In this document: piece after piece, positions 50,350-63,532 of the stretch
Layout of the letters: every line of letters starts with the position of its first letter
How positions within the stretch are numbered: the first letter of the stretch is position 1
Source of the DNA: Felis catus
Taxonomy: Eukaryota
Direction of reading: 5' to 3'
DNA: 64,000 bases
Assembly (NCBI RefSeq): GCF_018350175.1
Contig: NC_058368.1
Coordinates: 212,290,001-212,354,000, forward strand
Made by a program: the position numbers and the translations under genes
Notes under the pieces: model-generated
What the model was told of the DNA's origin: nothing
What the model saw: only the letters and a program-made list of their open reading frames with translations
Database searches by the model: none

Positions 50350-53209
50350 TCAGTTGCAGCTTGTTTATCAGATTTGAAACAAATCTAACTAGTCAAATAC
50401 AAACATAAAAATATCCCCCAAACAAAAGTACCTGTTTAGATTATCTCTAATTTCACATTATCTAAACCCTGATTTCTATTCCACGTTCTCCCTTTCTTTT
50501 AGTAAATGAGTGATCATATGATTTTATTTATATTTTGTAAATACTCCCACGTTTCCCAGAAGCTACTTTTGCCTGTAGAGGGAAGTCTAACTTTTTAGTC
50601 TGGTATCAGAGGCCTCCATAATTTGCCTCAATCTATATTTCTTATTTTATTTTCCGTCATTTTCCCATGTGAAACAGCGGCTCAGTCTGGCTGTTTCACT
50701 GCCATCTGAATATTACATGAGGGTACAGTAAGAGCCAGATTAATATACAAAGGATGGTAGAACATCATTTTTGATAAGGCGATAAAGGAAGGTTTCATAA
50801 AAGAGATGATATTTGAATTGATCTTTGACATGCTGGATTTTTTTTTTAATTTTTTTTTTTAACTTTTTTCATTTTTGAGACAGAGAGAGACAGAGCATGA
50901 ATGGGGGAAGGTCAGAGAGAGAGGGAGACACAGAATCTGAAACAGGCTCCAGGCTCTGAGCTGTCAGCACAGAGCCCTAGCAGGGCTCGAACTCACGGAC
51001 TGCGAGATCATGACCTGAGCCGAAGTCGGCTGCCCAACCTACTGAACCACCCAGGCGCCCCGACATGCTGGATTTTCAAGGCGTGGGCTTAGAGTAAAAT
51101 ACTGAGCTATTGGTGAGGAACTAGGTGTGGCCTAGCTTTCTAGGACATTTACTCCAATAATAAAGACACCAGGAGGTGAGATACCATTTGGCTTTTTCTT
51201 ATTACATACCTCACCACAGTGGTAAAATCACCTACATTATATGTATATTTAGGTCTCTTTCCACACATGGAGTTGTGAAGTAGAACTTTCTGATATGTGA
51301 TCCATTACTAGGCAGGATTTGGTATAGGACACTTCTGTTTAGTATCCTATTTGTGTTGGTTTATTATTACTATAATCACAGAACAATTCCATTCTTATAT
51401 TTCACCTACAGTACTTTAATATAGGTGTTATCCAGGAGTACCCCTGAGCAGGATGGTGATTCAAGTTTTTTTGTCAGCCTGAGATTAAAAAAAAAAAAAA
51501 AAATGACCCTGAACAAGGAACCTGAGAGTACAGATTCTAGATCTGGCACTGCCACTGATGCTAATAAAAACAAGATAATTATTTTTCCCCTCCTTAATTT
51601 CTGCACCGGGGAAAATACACGATAATAACTTCCTTGCCTATTTGTAAAAGTGCAGTAAATATATGCAAAAATATTTCCAAGGAATTAAAAAAATCGCTAA
51701 AATGTAAAGGATCAAATTCCAGGCTCTTTGTTTTCTCTGAAGGTATAATTAGGAAATCTGAAAACCAGCCATTTATTTAAATGCATTAGGTGCTATAGGT
51801 AAAGACCATGAGAGCTGGGACTTTGTTTCTCTTATATTTCCAGTGCCTAAATAGTGTCCGTCACATAGTAGGTATTCATTGTATGTTTCTAGAATGAAGG
51901 AATGAACAAGTGACTGGAGGCATTCAGGGGCCTCCTTCTAGCTGGCTGACCTGGCCGCCAAAGCTCTGTGTCCAGGTGTCTGGCTGAATGGAGTCTATGA
52001 ACTGTGTGTTTGCTTAAGGATATCCTGCTTCCACCTGCTTTTCTCCCTCACTGTTTTATAATGGTAATAGATAACATTGCTTGGGGACCAAATCTGTGCT
52101 AAAAGCTGTGAGGTGCTTTACATAAACGATCGGTAATCCTCATAATCCTGAAAAGATGTGCATCCTTATTTTAAACATCAGAAACTCATGCTCAGAGAAA
52201 CTAAGTAATATACTAAAAATCATAGCTCATGCATCAATTTGGATAGGCTAGGTTATGCTGTAGTGCTAAACAACCTACACATCTCAGTGACTTAAAATAA
52301 ACAAAGGTTTATTTTTTGTTTCTGTCACATGTTCACAGTGAGTCAGCAGGAGGGCCCTGCTCAGTGTAGTGGGGTCATTGATGCAGCAGAGCCGCAACCA
52401 TCACAACTCTTGCTATACCACAGGAAAAGGCATCTCTGCAGAGTGTCATACCAGCCATAAAAGCTTGGCCTAGAAGTGACATACATCCCTTCTTCTCACA
52501 AAACATTTGCCGGGATTCGTCATATGACTCCACCTAACCATAGGCAAGCTAGGAAGTGTAGTCCTATCATATGCCTGGAAGACAGAGTGAGAAATTTGGG
52601 AGGCAGTGCAAATGATTACCAGCTCTAGTAAGTGGAAGGCTTGGTTTCTGAATCCAAAAATTATCTGACTCCAAAGCCAGATTTCACAAAACCGCATTGC
52701 TTTACTCAGTTTACCTAGAATTCTGGAATTGCGAAATATCTATATCATTTGACTTTCTGTTGCTTTTCAGTGAGGGTTGTCTTCTTGAAGCAACCTAGGC
52801 TGAATCTTCCTGGGCTGAGAATAACTCTTCCTTCTCAGTTGTCATAAGGTGAATCACGACCCCTTTGGCCTTTGGCAGATGAGGGCTTGAAAGGCAGACC
52901 CTCTGGGGTAGGCACTGTCCCCAACCATGCTCTCTTCTGCTTGTGTATCTGTAGCGGAAATGTTATTAACATCATGTTTTGCTATTCTAGTTCCACAGCT
53001 GCTGGAGTGACTTAGCAGTTGGCTAGGCATACCCTGAACTACAGAAGATGTATGCTGGGCCAGAAGCAGGCCTTCTTCCTGCAGACTTGGAAGGAGCTGA
53101 TGACAAAGGCCTGCCAACAGTGCTGTGACTGTAAGTTAGGATCATTCACATTTCCATCTTTGTAGGCAGCCTGTGATGTGAATTTGGAGGCTCCCCAGCA
53201 AAGAGCCAT
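50350..53209 (-). pseudogene. TRIM60/75-like unit 5
   Basis: ATG at 53209; RING VNDP/YSHS/WQAFVISS/SLQEE..FWP; TRIAKH..TQAEESM; LDTEL..VSQLE (~51940-51985); LRLTKKLESPSCSGVLLDNTYIKVL*V (51409-51483) vs FRLTKYGFSLPPQYSGLDRIIKPFQV; RKFYF, EVCNK/PKW; VWG/YFYV (~50400-50422). Confidence 0.75.
50838..51061 (-). mobile_element. CAN-SINE
   Basis: TSD gacatgctggatttt. Confidence 0.92.
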
Positions 53210-53744
53210 GAATTAGAAGTCAAGAGCTTTGAAGTCATTCCTGGCTCTATCATCACTAGTTGTGTGACCTTGGGCAAGTAATTTAATCTCTCAGAAGTCT
53301 GAGTTTTCTATCTGGAAAAAGAATATCAATTCCAACATCCAGGTTTTTAAGATGAAAACTGCCAATTTGTGCAAAATGTGAATGGCTGACATCTGAACAA
53401 CACTTAATATTTTACAGAGCTTTTCTTCCGCTACCCTGCTATGCAGACATAATTACTGTGATTTCCTCAGTGAAGAAACTCAGTCTTGTAGGATCAGGTG
53501 AATTGCCCAAGGTCTCACAATTAATAAATAGCAGAGTTAGGACTTGAACATGTCTTCTGTCTCCAAATATGATATTCTTTTCCCTGATCTGAGTCATTGA
53601 CTAGGATGATCCACAGGATGTGAAAAAGAACATATAAGTAAAGAGAATGGGTAACAAAGAGAAAAACAGTAGAAGATTTGGACTCTTGAAGACTAAGTTT
53701 GAATCCATTTATTGGTTTATAGTCCTGGAAAAGCCACTTCCTCT

Positions 53745-53770
53745 CCTCCCCTCCCCTCCCCTCCCCTCCC

Positions 53771-53834
<64 letters not shown>

Positions 53835-53836
53835 TC
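53745..53836. repeat. (CCCCT)n/(TTTC)n microsatellite
   Basis: Direct inspection. Confidence 0.95.
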
Positions 53837-55374
53837 ATGTTTGGCAAAAGTAGGTAGGGCTTATAGTTATCTGGTACACACTGGTATAGCCATACTGAAT
53901 ATTAAAATATTGAAATCCTTCTGTACTGTTTGGTGAATAGTTACTCTAACTGGCCCCTCCTTTAAGATCCCCACCTATCTCTTCTTTTAGTAATAAAAAC
54001 ATCAGTGTGGGGCTCAGCAGGAGGCATTAAGGACCCACTTCATTACAGGGCTATGGTTGGTCCCAAGCTATATTCATTGTTAAATATTTTTAATATGATT
54101 AATGAGTGGGGACAATAGTCATGCTCTTCCCAACTTCAGTGGGCTGCTCTTGAAGATCAGATAATATAAAACAATGAAGATGACATACCATCTGTAAACC
54201 TTAAGGGCAATGTTTTTGAAAATATCATAGCAATGGTCTCTGGAAAGAGAATTCTGTTGTATTGAAAATATCACATAGGTTTTTACCTTGGTGGGATTTG
54301 TTGCCTATTAGCCTATTCAAGATTCTGAGACATAAAGGAACTTATTTAAAATTTTTAACTTTGAATTCCCTAATAGTTGAGAATAGAGCTCATTTCCTCC
54401 ACTATAATACACTTCTCACATCCTCTGCTGATTTTGTGAATCTGAGCTTATTGTTTTCTCTATATTTACTTATTTTTGTATGGTATGTCTTTCTATGCAC
54501 TGGCCCACAAGGTTCCTATCCCAGATGCTGCTTCAGTCCAGAGTCAGAGGCAGTCAATAACCTATGGCAGGTTTATCATAGAACAGAGGTTTCTGGAGTC
54601 TAATATCCTAGAAAAATAAGAACAAGGAAAATAGTACATCATCAATGACAGTTGCAGATATTTATTGAGTGCTTTTTTATACGTGGAGGATGCTGCTGAG
54701 TGCTGTACATATTCTACTGGTCATGGTATTTGTCCCTCCATTTCACCCCACATAGTTAGTCTAAGCCATGGGGCAGCAAACTATGGCCCATGGGCCATCC
54801 ATTCCTAGGCTTGTTTTTGGAAGAGCTAAGAATATTTTAAATATTTTTATAGGGTTGAAAAAAGAAGAATATGCTACTGAGGTTGTATGTGGCCCACAAA
54901 CCCTAAAATTGTTACTATTTTACCTTTTACAGAAAAGTGCCAATACGTGGTAATCCCACTTTGCTTACTAGTGGTTGGAATAGAGTTAGGCATGTGGTCC
55001 ATTCAGACCACAAATGGTTATTGAGGCCTAACCACTATTTTGAATGTTGAGGAGACATCAGTAAGCAAAACAGACAAAAATTCCTGCCCTTGTGTATTTT
55101 ACTTTAAGTTCTAGTTAATGAGCTATAAGTCTATTGTTGTTTGGTAAAGGCTTCTCACATTCTTGTAGGAAATAGTGAAAAAGATATTCATTTCCAGTTT
55201 AGATGTTTCCCTCTTTAAATGTGATACTTCTAACTTATGATCACAAGGGAAGCCAGTTTGAGAGTCAACAACACGTCAAGGGTGACTGAAGAGAAGGTTA
55301 AAAAGAAATTAATTACACTGCTGAGTCAATACACCTTGAAATCTGTCATAAGACTTCCCAATATTAAATTTTTC

Positions 55375-55604
55375 TTTTTTTTTTTTTTAATTTTTTTTTC
55401 AATGTTTTTATTTATTTTTGGGACAGAGAGAGACATAGCATGAATGGGGGAGGGGCAGAGAGAGAGGGAGACACAGAATCGGAAACAGGCTCCAGGCTCC
55501 GAGCCATCAGCCCAGAGCCTGACGTGGGGCTCGAACTCACGGACCGCGAGATCGTGACCTGGCTGAAGTCGGACGCTTAACCGACTGCGCCACCCAGGCG
55601 CCCC
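55375..55604 (-). mobile_element. Young felid CAN-SINE
   Basis: TSD ttaaatttttcttt. Confidence 0.92.
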
Positions 55605-56741
55605 TTAAATTTTTCTTTAAGTCCTTTTAAATAAGTTTTCTGTTACTTGAATTAGCAAACAGCATATGTATACACATACATTGTCTAATTTAATCCTCAT
55701 GACAATCCTATGAAATATTTATCATTCTCATTTTACAGAAGAAGAATGTGAAGATCAGAGAAATTAACTAATTGCACAGTCAACACAGTAAGTGGTAGAG
55801 CCAAGAGGAAAACTCTGATCTTTGGGTTTTGCAGTTCTCTCTAAAACTCAGTCTCTCCTTCTTAAGGAATTTCTAGACAGTAAGGGTTGTTGGAGGTCAA
55901 GACAGGAAGTCAATATGGGGACAGTTTTTATGTCCTGAGCCTGTGTGTATAACTGCATTACTGAGTTTCATCCTCTTTCTTAGACCTAGAATAATCTTTC
56001 TTTACCCCTATCCCACAATGAGAAGGCAGAGTTTTTCCATTTATTGAGAAGTCATTGACCTAAGACAGTTGTATTAATGTATGTAAGGAACCAGGCACTG
56101 AAATCTCCCGGCAGGGAGCAAATCTTTCTTTGAATCTATATATAAGATCAATCTGTTTTCTCCATTTTTCCTATCACCATTTAGATTCCTTCTCACCTTG
56201 TTTACCTGGCCTGTGGTCAAACCACTCTGACCTTCCAACCCAATTTTCACACTGTAACTAGAAGATAAAGGCAGTTTTTCAATATGGCTTTCAACAAAGC
56301 CTGTTCAGCTTTATCTTTCTTCAAGCATCTTCTGCTTTGTCTGTTTCAGCCACACCAGCCTTTGTCAGCCATCAGCTTCTGCCTGCAATGATCATTCTTT
56401 CCTTCTATGCCCAATAACACCTATTTGTCTCTGGCTCAAGTTTTATTTTTTTATGCAAGCCTTTATTGATCTCCCTATTAGATTGACTCCTCTCATTAGC
56501 CCTCACTGTGCCATGGCACATGGCACAGTTATAGTGTTCTACTAGTTTGTGTGATTATCTGTTTAACCTGTGTACCGTATTTTATGTAGGAGACCAGTGG
56601 TCACATTTGTTACCATTGTAAACCCATTGTCTAGTACACAATAGGTGCCCAATAAATAGTTGTGGAATGAATGTATAAATGTAAAGGCATCTTGTATTTG
56701 TTCAGTGATCTAAAGCATCAAGTAAATTCTAGAGCTCAGGT

Positions 56742-57240
56742 TGTATCAGTTTGAAAACCTGCAGGAAATACATGAGATCCTCAAATGGAACAATTGAGGA
56801 AAGTTTAATTTAGGAACTGTTTATACAGGTGAAATAGACTTAAGGGAAAGTAACAAAGGATGATAAAGCATCCTGGGGCTTGCAACAGTGGGGTTGGTAC
56901 CCCTAAACCTGAATGGGCAAGTGAAGGGAGAAGTTTCATCCCAAAGAGAATAGGTGTGGTTCTAGAAGAGAGCCACAGGGTAGGAATGGTGGATATTGTA
57001 GATAAACCCAGCCAATTTGAAGGACCTCTCTAGTGTCCATTGATGTTAGAATTAAAAGAAGAAGGAGAACATGATTATCATTCTCTTTTCTCCCTTAACC
57101 TCCATCTAGTGCCTCCCAGTGGGTAAACCTAACTGAAAGCCAGAGGGTAGGGAACTAAATGATAGTCCTTAAAGGCCACTTCCCAGGGCACAAAGCTGAG
57201 TGGAAAATGGATCTGGCAGGACAAATAAAAAATATCCAGC
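56742..57240 (-). mobile_element. Old ERVL LTR (LTR33/41-like)
   Basis: tgtatcagt...gcaggaaa...aattgaggaaagtttaat start. Confidence 0.55.
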
Positions 57241-57599
57241 CATTGGTCCTTGGAACAATTCCATATTTTGCTAAGATGACACTAAAGGGTAGCTTGAAAA
57301 GTTTTAATTTAATATAACAGAAAGGAATTAATAAAGTTAGAGTTTCATAGGTACTTGAGGCTACAGAAATTTTCTTATGGACATTCCATGATAACTGTGA
57401 ATAAGTGAAAAGTACATGGGATTCTTAGTTAAACATAAGATCCAGTCATTGCTTTGCCACTACAAACTTTGGTAGTTTGGTGTTCTTGTTTGTAGAGTGA
57501 GGATTATAGTGCTCATGTCATAGGGTCATTTTAAAAATCCAGTGCCTGGCACATGGTAGGTGCTCATGAAATGGTAACTCCTGTGAGAAAGATATGTAG

Positions 57600-58900
57600 T
57601 TATTACCTGCTAGAGCCTTGCACTATGGTAAAGTCTCTCCCTCAGAACTCTTGTTGTCATTAGGCAAGCAAGACCATCAGGGATGGAGAAATTAGAAACT
57701 AAGAAGTCCAGGGAATAATCAAATATCAATTGCAAGGTAAAATCCACAAGAAAGATTCAGGTCACAAGCCCTGCAGCTCTGCCATGTAACTGGACCACTC
57801 CTCACCTTTGCCCCTTCCCCACCCCACCTCCCACCCACATCCTAGGATCTTTAAGGAACCTTCCAGTTCTAAAGACTAGTGCATTGTAGATCAGGAGGAT
57901 CATATACATCAGTTAACTACTGAGTCTTCCAGCTGTGTGCAGTTAAACCACAGGCTATTGAAGCCAATAATAGCAGGAGCAGTTTAGAACTCCTTAGTGG
58001 GCAGTTCTACCTTAAGACAGTAGTGACATCACACCACTTAGCTCAGATGCATTGTGTGACAGTGACAACTTTTCCCCCACTTAAGTGAACCCCTGTTTGC
58101 TTACTTGGTGCCAAATGGCTCACATATAAACACTGAAGGACAGATTAAAGACCACATTGTACTTTACTTTGCCATTTCGTGAAGGGCATTATTTTCCACG
58201 TTGATAAAATCTGGAGGGAAGAATAAAGGACAATGGACTTTTATTTTAACCACTAAACATTCACTGTATCCCACAGAATGCCTCGGGCTTTGTTCTACCA
58301 CTCTTGGTCTTGAGACTTTTGCCATTAGGAAAAGTAAAGGCATCTGGCTCAGAGGTTATCCCTAGGGGGATTGATCAGCGTCCTGGGAGCTCATTGGAAA
58401 GGAGTAGGGGAATGAAACAGGAGAATTAGAGGGCCTACAGGACAAGTTGAGGTGATAGTTTTTATGCCTGGAGTCCACTGCCTGCAATATGATTCCTGCT
58501 CACCAATAGCCTGAGACATTCTGACAGAGAGGGGCAGATGCCACCAGAGCATTAGCGACACACTTAAATAAGCCCTATTTTACCCAAAGCCTTCCCTACT
58601 ACTGCATCTGTCTGTCCTGTGTTGATCTCTGTCTTCTCCATATTTCTCTTTTCTCTATATTTTCTCCAAACAAGACTAGCAATTCTTCTATCCCCGCCTC
58701 TGTTTTCCCACTTATATTAATACCTTATGTTGTGTGAGTTCACTCTGGAGTTTGAAGACATATTGGGCAAGGAATTGAGACCTACTTCCAGGTTTAGCTT
58801 TGCTGTATATCCTTGATCATGCCCTTTTAAAACTTCCAGTTTTCTCAACTTTCAAGAAATATCTATTTGCTGTAGTTAACAGTGCTGAGAAACCAGGAAA
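57600..58900 (-). pseudogene. TRIM60/75-like unit 3 (B-box to SPRY; RING not seen)
   Basis: B-box KGHDQ..NLEV..CPICLQTPE/NSHNI (~58725-58835); coiled coil IEELLVLFGEN; LSECLRLL..IAGSGLQA; KIMPF/NVVFNL; KEF*TAPAIIG/HSWK; AIDI/DYS/GLLSF* (~57690-57735). Confidence 0.75.
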
Positions 58901-58944
58901 ATACATGTATGTACAGGGATTTTTTTTTTTTTTAATTTAAGATA

Positions 58945-59155
58945 GGGGTGCCTGGCTGGCTTAGTCAGTTAAGCATCTGACTTCAGCTCAGGTGATCCCA
59001 TGGTTTGTGGATTTGAGCCCCGTGTCGGGCTCTGTGCTGACAGCTCAGAGCCTGGAACCTGTTTCGGATTCTGTGTCTCCCTCTCTCTCTTCCCTCCCCT
59101 GCTCATGCTCTGTCTCAAAAATAAATGAACATTAAAAACATTTATGAAAAAATAA
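58945..59155 (+). mobile_element. CAN-SINE inserted in an L1 fragment
   Basis: Consensus head and tail. Confidence 0.88.
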
Positions 59156-59830
59156 AATTTAAGGTAAAAATTATTTACATACAGTGAAGTGCATATGTCC
59201 TAAGTATACAATTTGGTGAGTTTTAAAAAATGTATATATCTGTGTAACCAGCATTCTAATCAAGATATAGTATATTTCTGTCATCCCAGAAACTTCTTGC
59301 ATGTCCCTTTTATATCCTCTTCCAATGAATCCCTCTCATCCAGACTCTAACCACTATTCTGACTTCTGTTACTAGAGATTTGTTTTCCTGTCCTTGAACT
59401 TATTAGAAGCACTTTGAAAAGTGAAAGTCACTGTACAAAAGCTAGTATTATTACTATTTTGTAGCTAGATGGTGTATTACTTAAAAGAAAAGATCTAATC
59501 TTTTACTTAGTACTAAGCAGAGAGCATGATAGATACTGATTCAGTTCGATATTGAATATGTATTAAAGTAAATAAAGTATAAATGACGTTGACCTGGATT
59601 CCAGGAAAGCTGAATTCTAATCTGCTTTGCCTTTATCCAGCTTTGTGTCCTTAGGCAAGTATTTTTTTCTTTTTTAAAAACATTTTGACCCTAAGTTTTT
59701 CTTTTATTAAACAAAGAATTAGACGAGATGATGTTGTAGAGTACCTTCCTACTTTCAGAAGTTACTTAACTAATAATGATAATGACACTAAGATTTACTG
59801 AGTGCTTATTATATCCCAGCCACTATTCTA

Positions 59831-60055
59831 TTTTTTAAAAATTTTTTAATGTTTATTTATTTTTAAGAGAGAGAGACAGAGTGTGAGTGAGGGAGGGGCA
59901 GAGAGAGAGAGAGAGAGGCAGACACAGAATCTGAAGTAGGCTCCAGGCTCTGAGCTGTCAGCACAGAGCCCGACATGGGGCTTGAGCTCAAAGAGCACGA
60001 GATCATGACCTGAGCTGAAGTCAGACACATAACTGACTGCGCCACCCAGGCACCT
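59831..60055 (-). mobile_element. CAN-SINE inserted in a MIR
   Basis: TSD ccagccactattcta. Confidence 0.9.
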
Positions 60056-60112
60056 GTACCAGCCACTATTCTAAATACATTTATTAACCCATTTATCTTC
60101 ATAACAGTCCAA

Positions 60113-60298
60113 AAGGCAAATTTTATCATCTCCATTTTACAGATGAGGAGATGTGGAGGTTAGTTAACTCTCATAAGGTCAAGTGGTCAATGCCAGGACC
60201 CAAGCAAGGCAAATTTTATCATCTCCATTTTACAGATGAGGAGATGTGGAGGTTAGTTAACTCTCATAAGGTCAAGTGGGCAATGCTAGGACCCAAGC
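60113..60298 (+). repeat. 93-bp tandem duplication of a MIR core
   Basis: Copies 60113-60205 and 60206-60298 differ at 2 positions. Confidence 0.92.
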
Positions 60299-60379
60299 AA
60301 TGACCTAGACAGTGTAGTTCTAGTCTTCAACTTAACCACTAAATCTGTTTCCAGTCATTGGAGTGATAAATCAATATAA

Positions 60380-61310
60380 TGGTTGGGTGGGAAAAAGGAA
60401 AAGCATGGGTGTGTGGTTAGGTAAAGGAATGGGTCACATTTCACAAGTTTCAAAATAAACTTTTTATTATGGAAGTTTCTAAACATACACAAAAATAAGG
60501 AGTTCAGCAAACCTCCATGAACTCATCACCTAGTTTCAACAACCATCAATATTATGCCGTACTCTTATTTTTACCTCTCTTTGAAACTATCATGAAAATT
60601 TTCAAACATACCCTCACAAGTAGACAGCATGGCATATCACCCCTAAATACTCCAGGATGCATCTTAAAAAAAAACAAACAAACAGATTTTGAGCCAACTA
60701 CAATGCCTTGTTACACCTAACAAAATTCATAATAATTCCTGATTATTTATTATTTAATACCAACTCCATATTCAGATTTCTCTGATTGTCTTATCATTTC
60801 CTTTTTGTTGTTTTTCCATTTAGAGCCGAAAACAGGTCCAGTCATTGTATTTGGTTATGTCTTTTAAGTCTCTTTTAATCTAAAATCCTCCCTGCTTTAA
60901 AGAGGGGAGCTTTAGGTGTTTTTTTTTGTTTTTGTTTTTGTTTTTGTTTTTTTCCTGAAGGAGGGGGAGACCATGGAGATATGTTTCTAATTTTTTTCCT
61001 CATGTATAGAAATGAGGTGATAGTTTCAGGAGAATAAAGTAAAATCACCCCTGCTTATTCCCATTTCCCAGGCCCCTCGCCCCACCCTCTTACCTTATAA
61101 ATGACCATCCTGCTTCTGTAAGTCACTTTCTTATATAAGTAGTATAATGTTGTTAGGAAGAAGCTGGTTGGATTTCCTTGCTCTTACCAGAAATAGAGAG
61201 TATATCACTACTGAAGGAAATTACTATTAATAGCTCTCAGCAAAACCCTTCCATTATAACAGGGATATGGTCTCAGTGAGGAAATTGACACTTAAAGATA
61301 TGTCTATGTA

Positions 61311-61342
<32 letters not shown>

Positions 61343-63523
61343 GGTACAGGAAGGGGAAACAACAACATGGGGTTGTTTTCATTGCAGGCAGGGACTCTTT
61401 AAGGTCAGAACTGGCTCCAACCTGACTGAGTCTCATGGATCTATGATTTCTTATATTTGGAGTAGGCATCCAAAGAACCAAGTCCTTCTTCTTCAGAGTC
61501 TGGATTTGATAGGCACACACCTTATTACTCATAGGAATAAAGTCTTAGGAAAGGCCTAGAGAATAGTAAATCAAGTGTTTTCAAACAATGTTCCATGGGG
61601 GCTCCATCCACGAAGGTACTTTAAATATTTTGCAAAAGTTTGGCTTGAATTTCACTTAAAAAAAATGTGGTCAGTTCTTGATTCTGGTATTAGTCTTTAT
61701 TTTGGCTTTCTTTTACAATGTCTCTCTTAGAATCCAGTTTTCAGTAGATCATACCAATACTAAATAATAAATTAGCTCCATCTCTTTATCAGACATCTCT
61801 GAAACAATGATTTCAAAACTGCTTTGGAGAAAGTACACAATCTTGATTTCAAAATAAATTTTTGAAAAGGTGCTTCCTTTTTGTATCCCTTGGTAAAATA
61901 TCTTTTTGGAAGTCATTCTCTTTGGTGGATTCTGAAATCTAGGAAGTCCCATTTGGAAGTTAGAGAATGCCTACCTAGTAGAAGTTGGGTAAATTAGGGT
62001 TTTGTTTTTTTGTTTGTGTATACAGTAAAAATAATTTATTCATTAACTAAACATGCATGAAATAGCATGTATTTTATATGGCTACATATTTTTGTATATA
62101 AATGCATTTTAAATGCCTGAAAGAGCACATACCTAATCCAGTATTGCTCACATTGGAGGAAGTAGGGAGGGGACCTGGGTTAGATAGGTGGGCACGAGGA
62201 CTTTGTTATCTATAATGTTTGATTTCTTTTAAAGGAGGATTTACTTATAGTTGATGTTCTTAGATATTAACTGAAAAATAATGAGTTAAAGACTTATTAA
62301 ATCATATGTGAAACAGTTTTGAAGGAAGAAAAAGGAAATTGAGATAATTGGCACAAGATAGCCTTCCCCATGTCATGCTATAATTGCCTGACTAGTCTTT
62401 CCCCTTGTACTTCCTCCTGCTCCTTATCACAATCCCTAGTTTACTCACCACTAAGCAAAAACTTTCCACTACTTTCCACACACTTTACTCATTCTGATCT
62501 TGGGAAGAGCTGGAAACGGAAAGTCCAGAGACTGATCTTTGTGGTGTGGGGTGGTGTTCCCAGGCCTATTGTAAGATAGGCCTGGAGGCAAATGCTAATC
62601 ATGTTCTTACCTACCTCTGCATCCTGAGTAAATCACTGGGCTTTTAGGATTTAGTTTCCTCATCTCTTAAATATAATTTAATCTACTTTGTAAGTATTGT
62701 ACTGGGGTTAAGTAGTATATTGAAAATCTCCTGCACAGTGCCTTGTACATATTTATATAGTTAGATACAGTAAATTTTAGATTCCTCCTTTTTCAGTGTT
62801 TTATTCTTCTACACCATGTAGGAGTTGATGATTTAAAAAAAAAAAAAGTAAGAAGTGATCCTTGTCTAAGAACTCTGTAAATAGTTAAATGCAGTCAAGT
62901 GGTTTGAATTCTATGATAGGAAGTACTGAAAGATGCGAAGAAAAGAGTGATACTAATAAGATAATAGCTACAATTAATCAAATGTTTATTCTGAGTTAGG
63001 CATTATGCTAAGTACTTTTTGTACTCTATTTTATTTAATTATCCCCACAACCCTTTTTTGGGATAACTATATTATCCTTGTTTTACAAGTAAGAAGATTA
63101 CAATTCATTGATGTTAAACTTCTTGCCCCAAGTCACTTATCTACTCAATAAGAGAATTGGGATTTGGTTTTGGGGTCTGCCTAACTCCAAAGCCCATGTT
63201 TTTAACCACTGCTTGGAAGTTGAGAATAGAGACAAGAATATTTTATAAAGAAGTTTTATTAGTTCATCTATCTATCCATCCATCCAGTCATCTTTCCTTT
63301 CACATATTTCAGAAAAGATTTAAGGTAGCTTTTAGAAAATTGACATTTCAATTAAGTCTTTAAAGACACGTGTGTCAATCAGGTAGGGCTTTCTTGACAG
63401 AGGCAATAACATGGGAAGTAGTATGAAAGTTTCCATCAACAAGTAGCTTGTGTGGCCCCAGAAGGTGAAAACAGAGGCTGGAGAGGTAGATTTGGCTGGA
63501 TACCTTGACTGCAGTTTTACAAA
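60380..63523 (-). pseudogene. TRIM60/75-like unit 2 (RING, B-box, coiled coil, PRY/SPRY; split by MIR/L1 insertions)
   Basis: RING FVKLQS/VSSQIYL/VFTFWGH/WKLSYYFPCYCLCQ (63394-63523); linker KDLIEMS; coiled coil FLQSSFEIIVSEMSDKEMELIYYL (61761-61832), ungapped vs FLQNEQEMILRQIQDEEMNILAKL; CCFPFLY; PRY IDISLSVN; SPRY VGRGAWEMGISR (~61050-61085). Confidence 0.8.
62960..63212 (-). mobile_element. Near full-length MIR inserted inside TRIM unit 2
   Basis: MIR-like sequence ending ctccaaagcccatgtttttaaccact. Confidence 0.75.
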
Positions 63524-63532
63524 ACTGAGAAT

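Larger units (their letters stand above)
53590..57390 (-). pseudogene. TRIM60/75-like unit 4 (split by LTR, L2, MIR, SINE)
   Basis: RING ECP..CSLKYL*NS/LSKIWN (~57245-57385); CREISVPGSLHTLIQL (~56070-56120); NEYLFHYFLQE (~55160-55195); ALFSTIREFKVK/LYVSES (~54320-54395); FQDYK (~53715-53730). Confidence 0.6.

Noticed and set aside
61313..61540. Apparent separate retrocopy ending in a poly(A) tail
   Set aside because: No TSD, and TRIM-like similarity continues across the A-run (CCFPFLY...IDISLSVN), so it is an expanded homopolymer inside unit 2.
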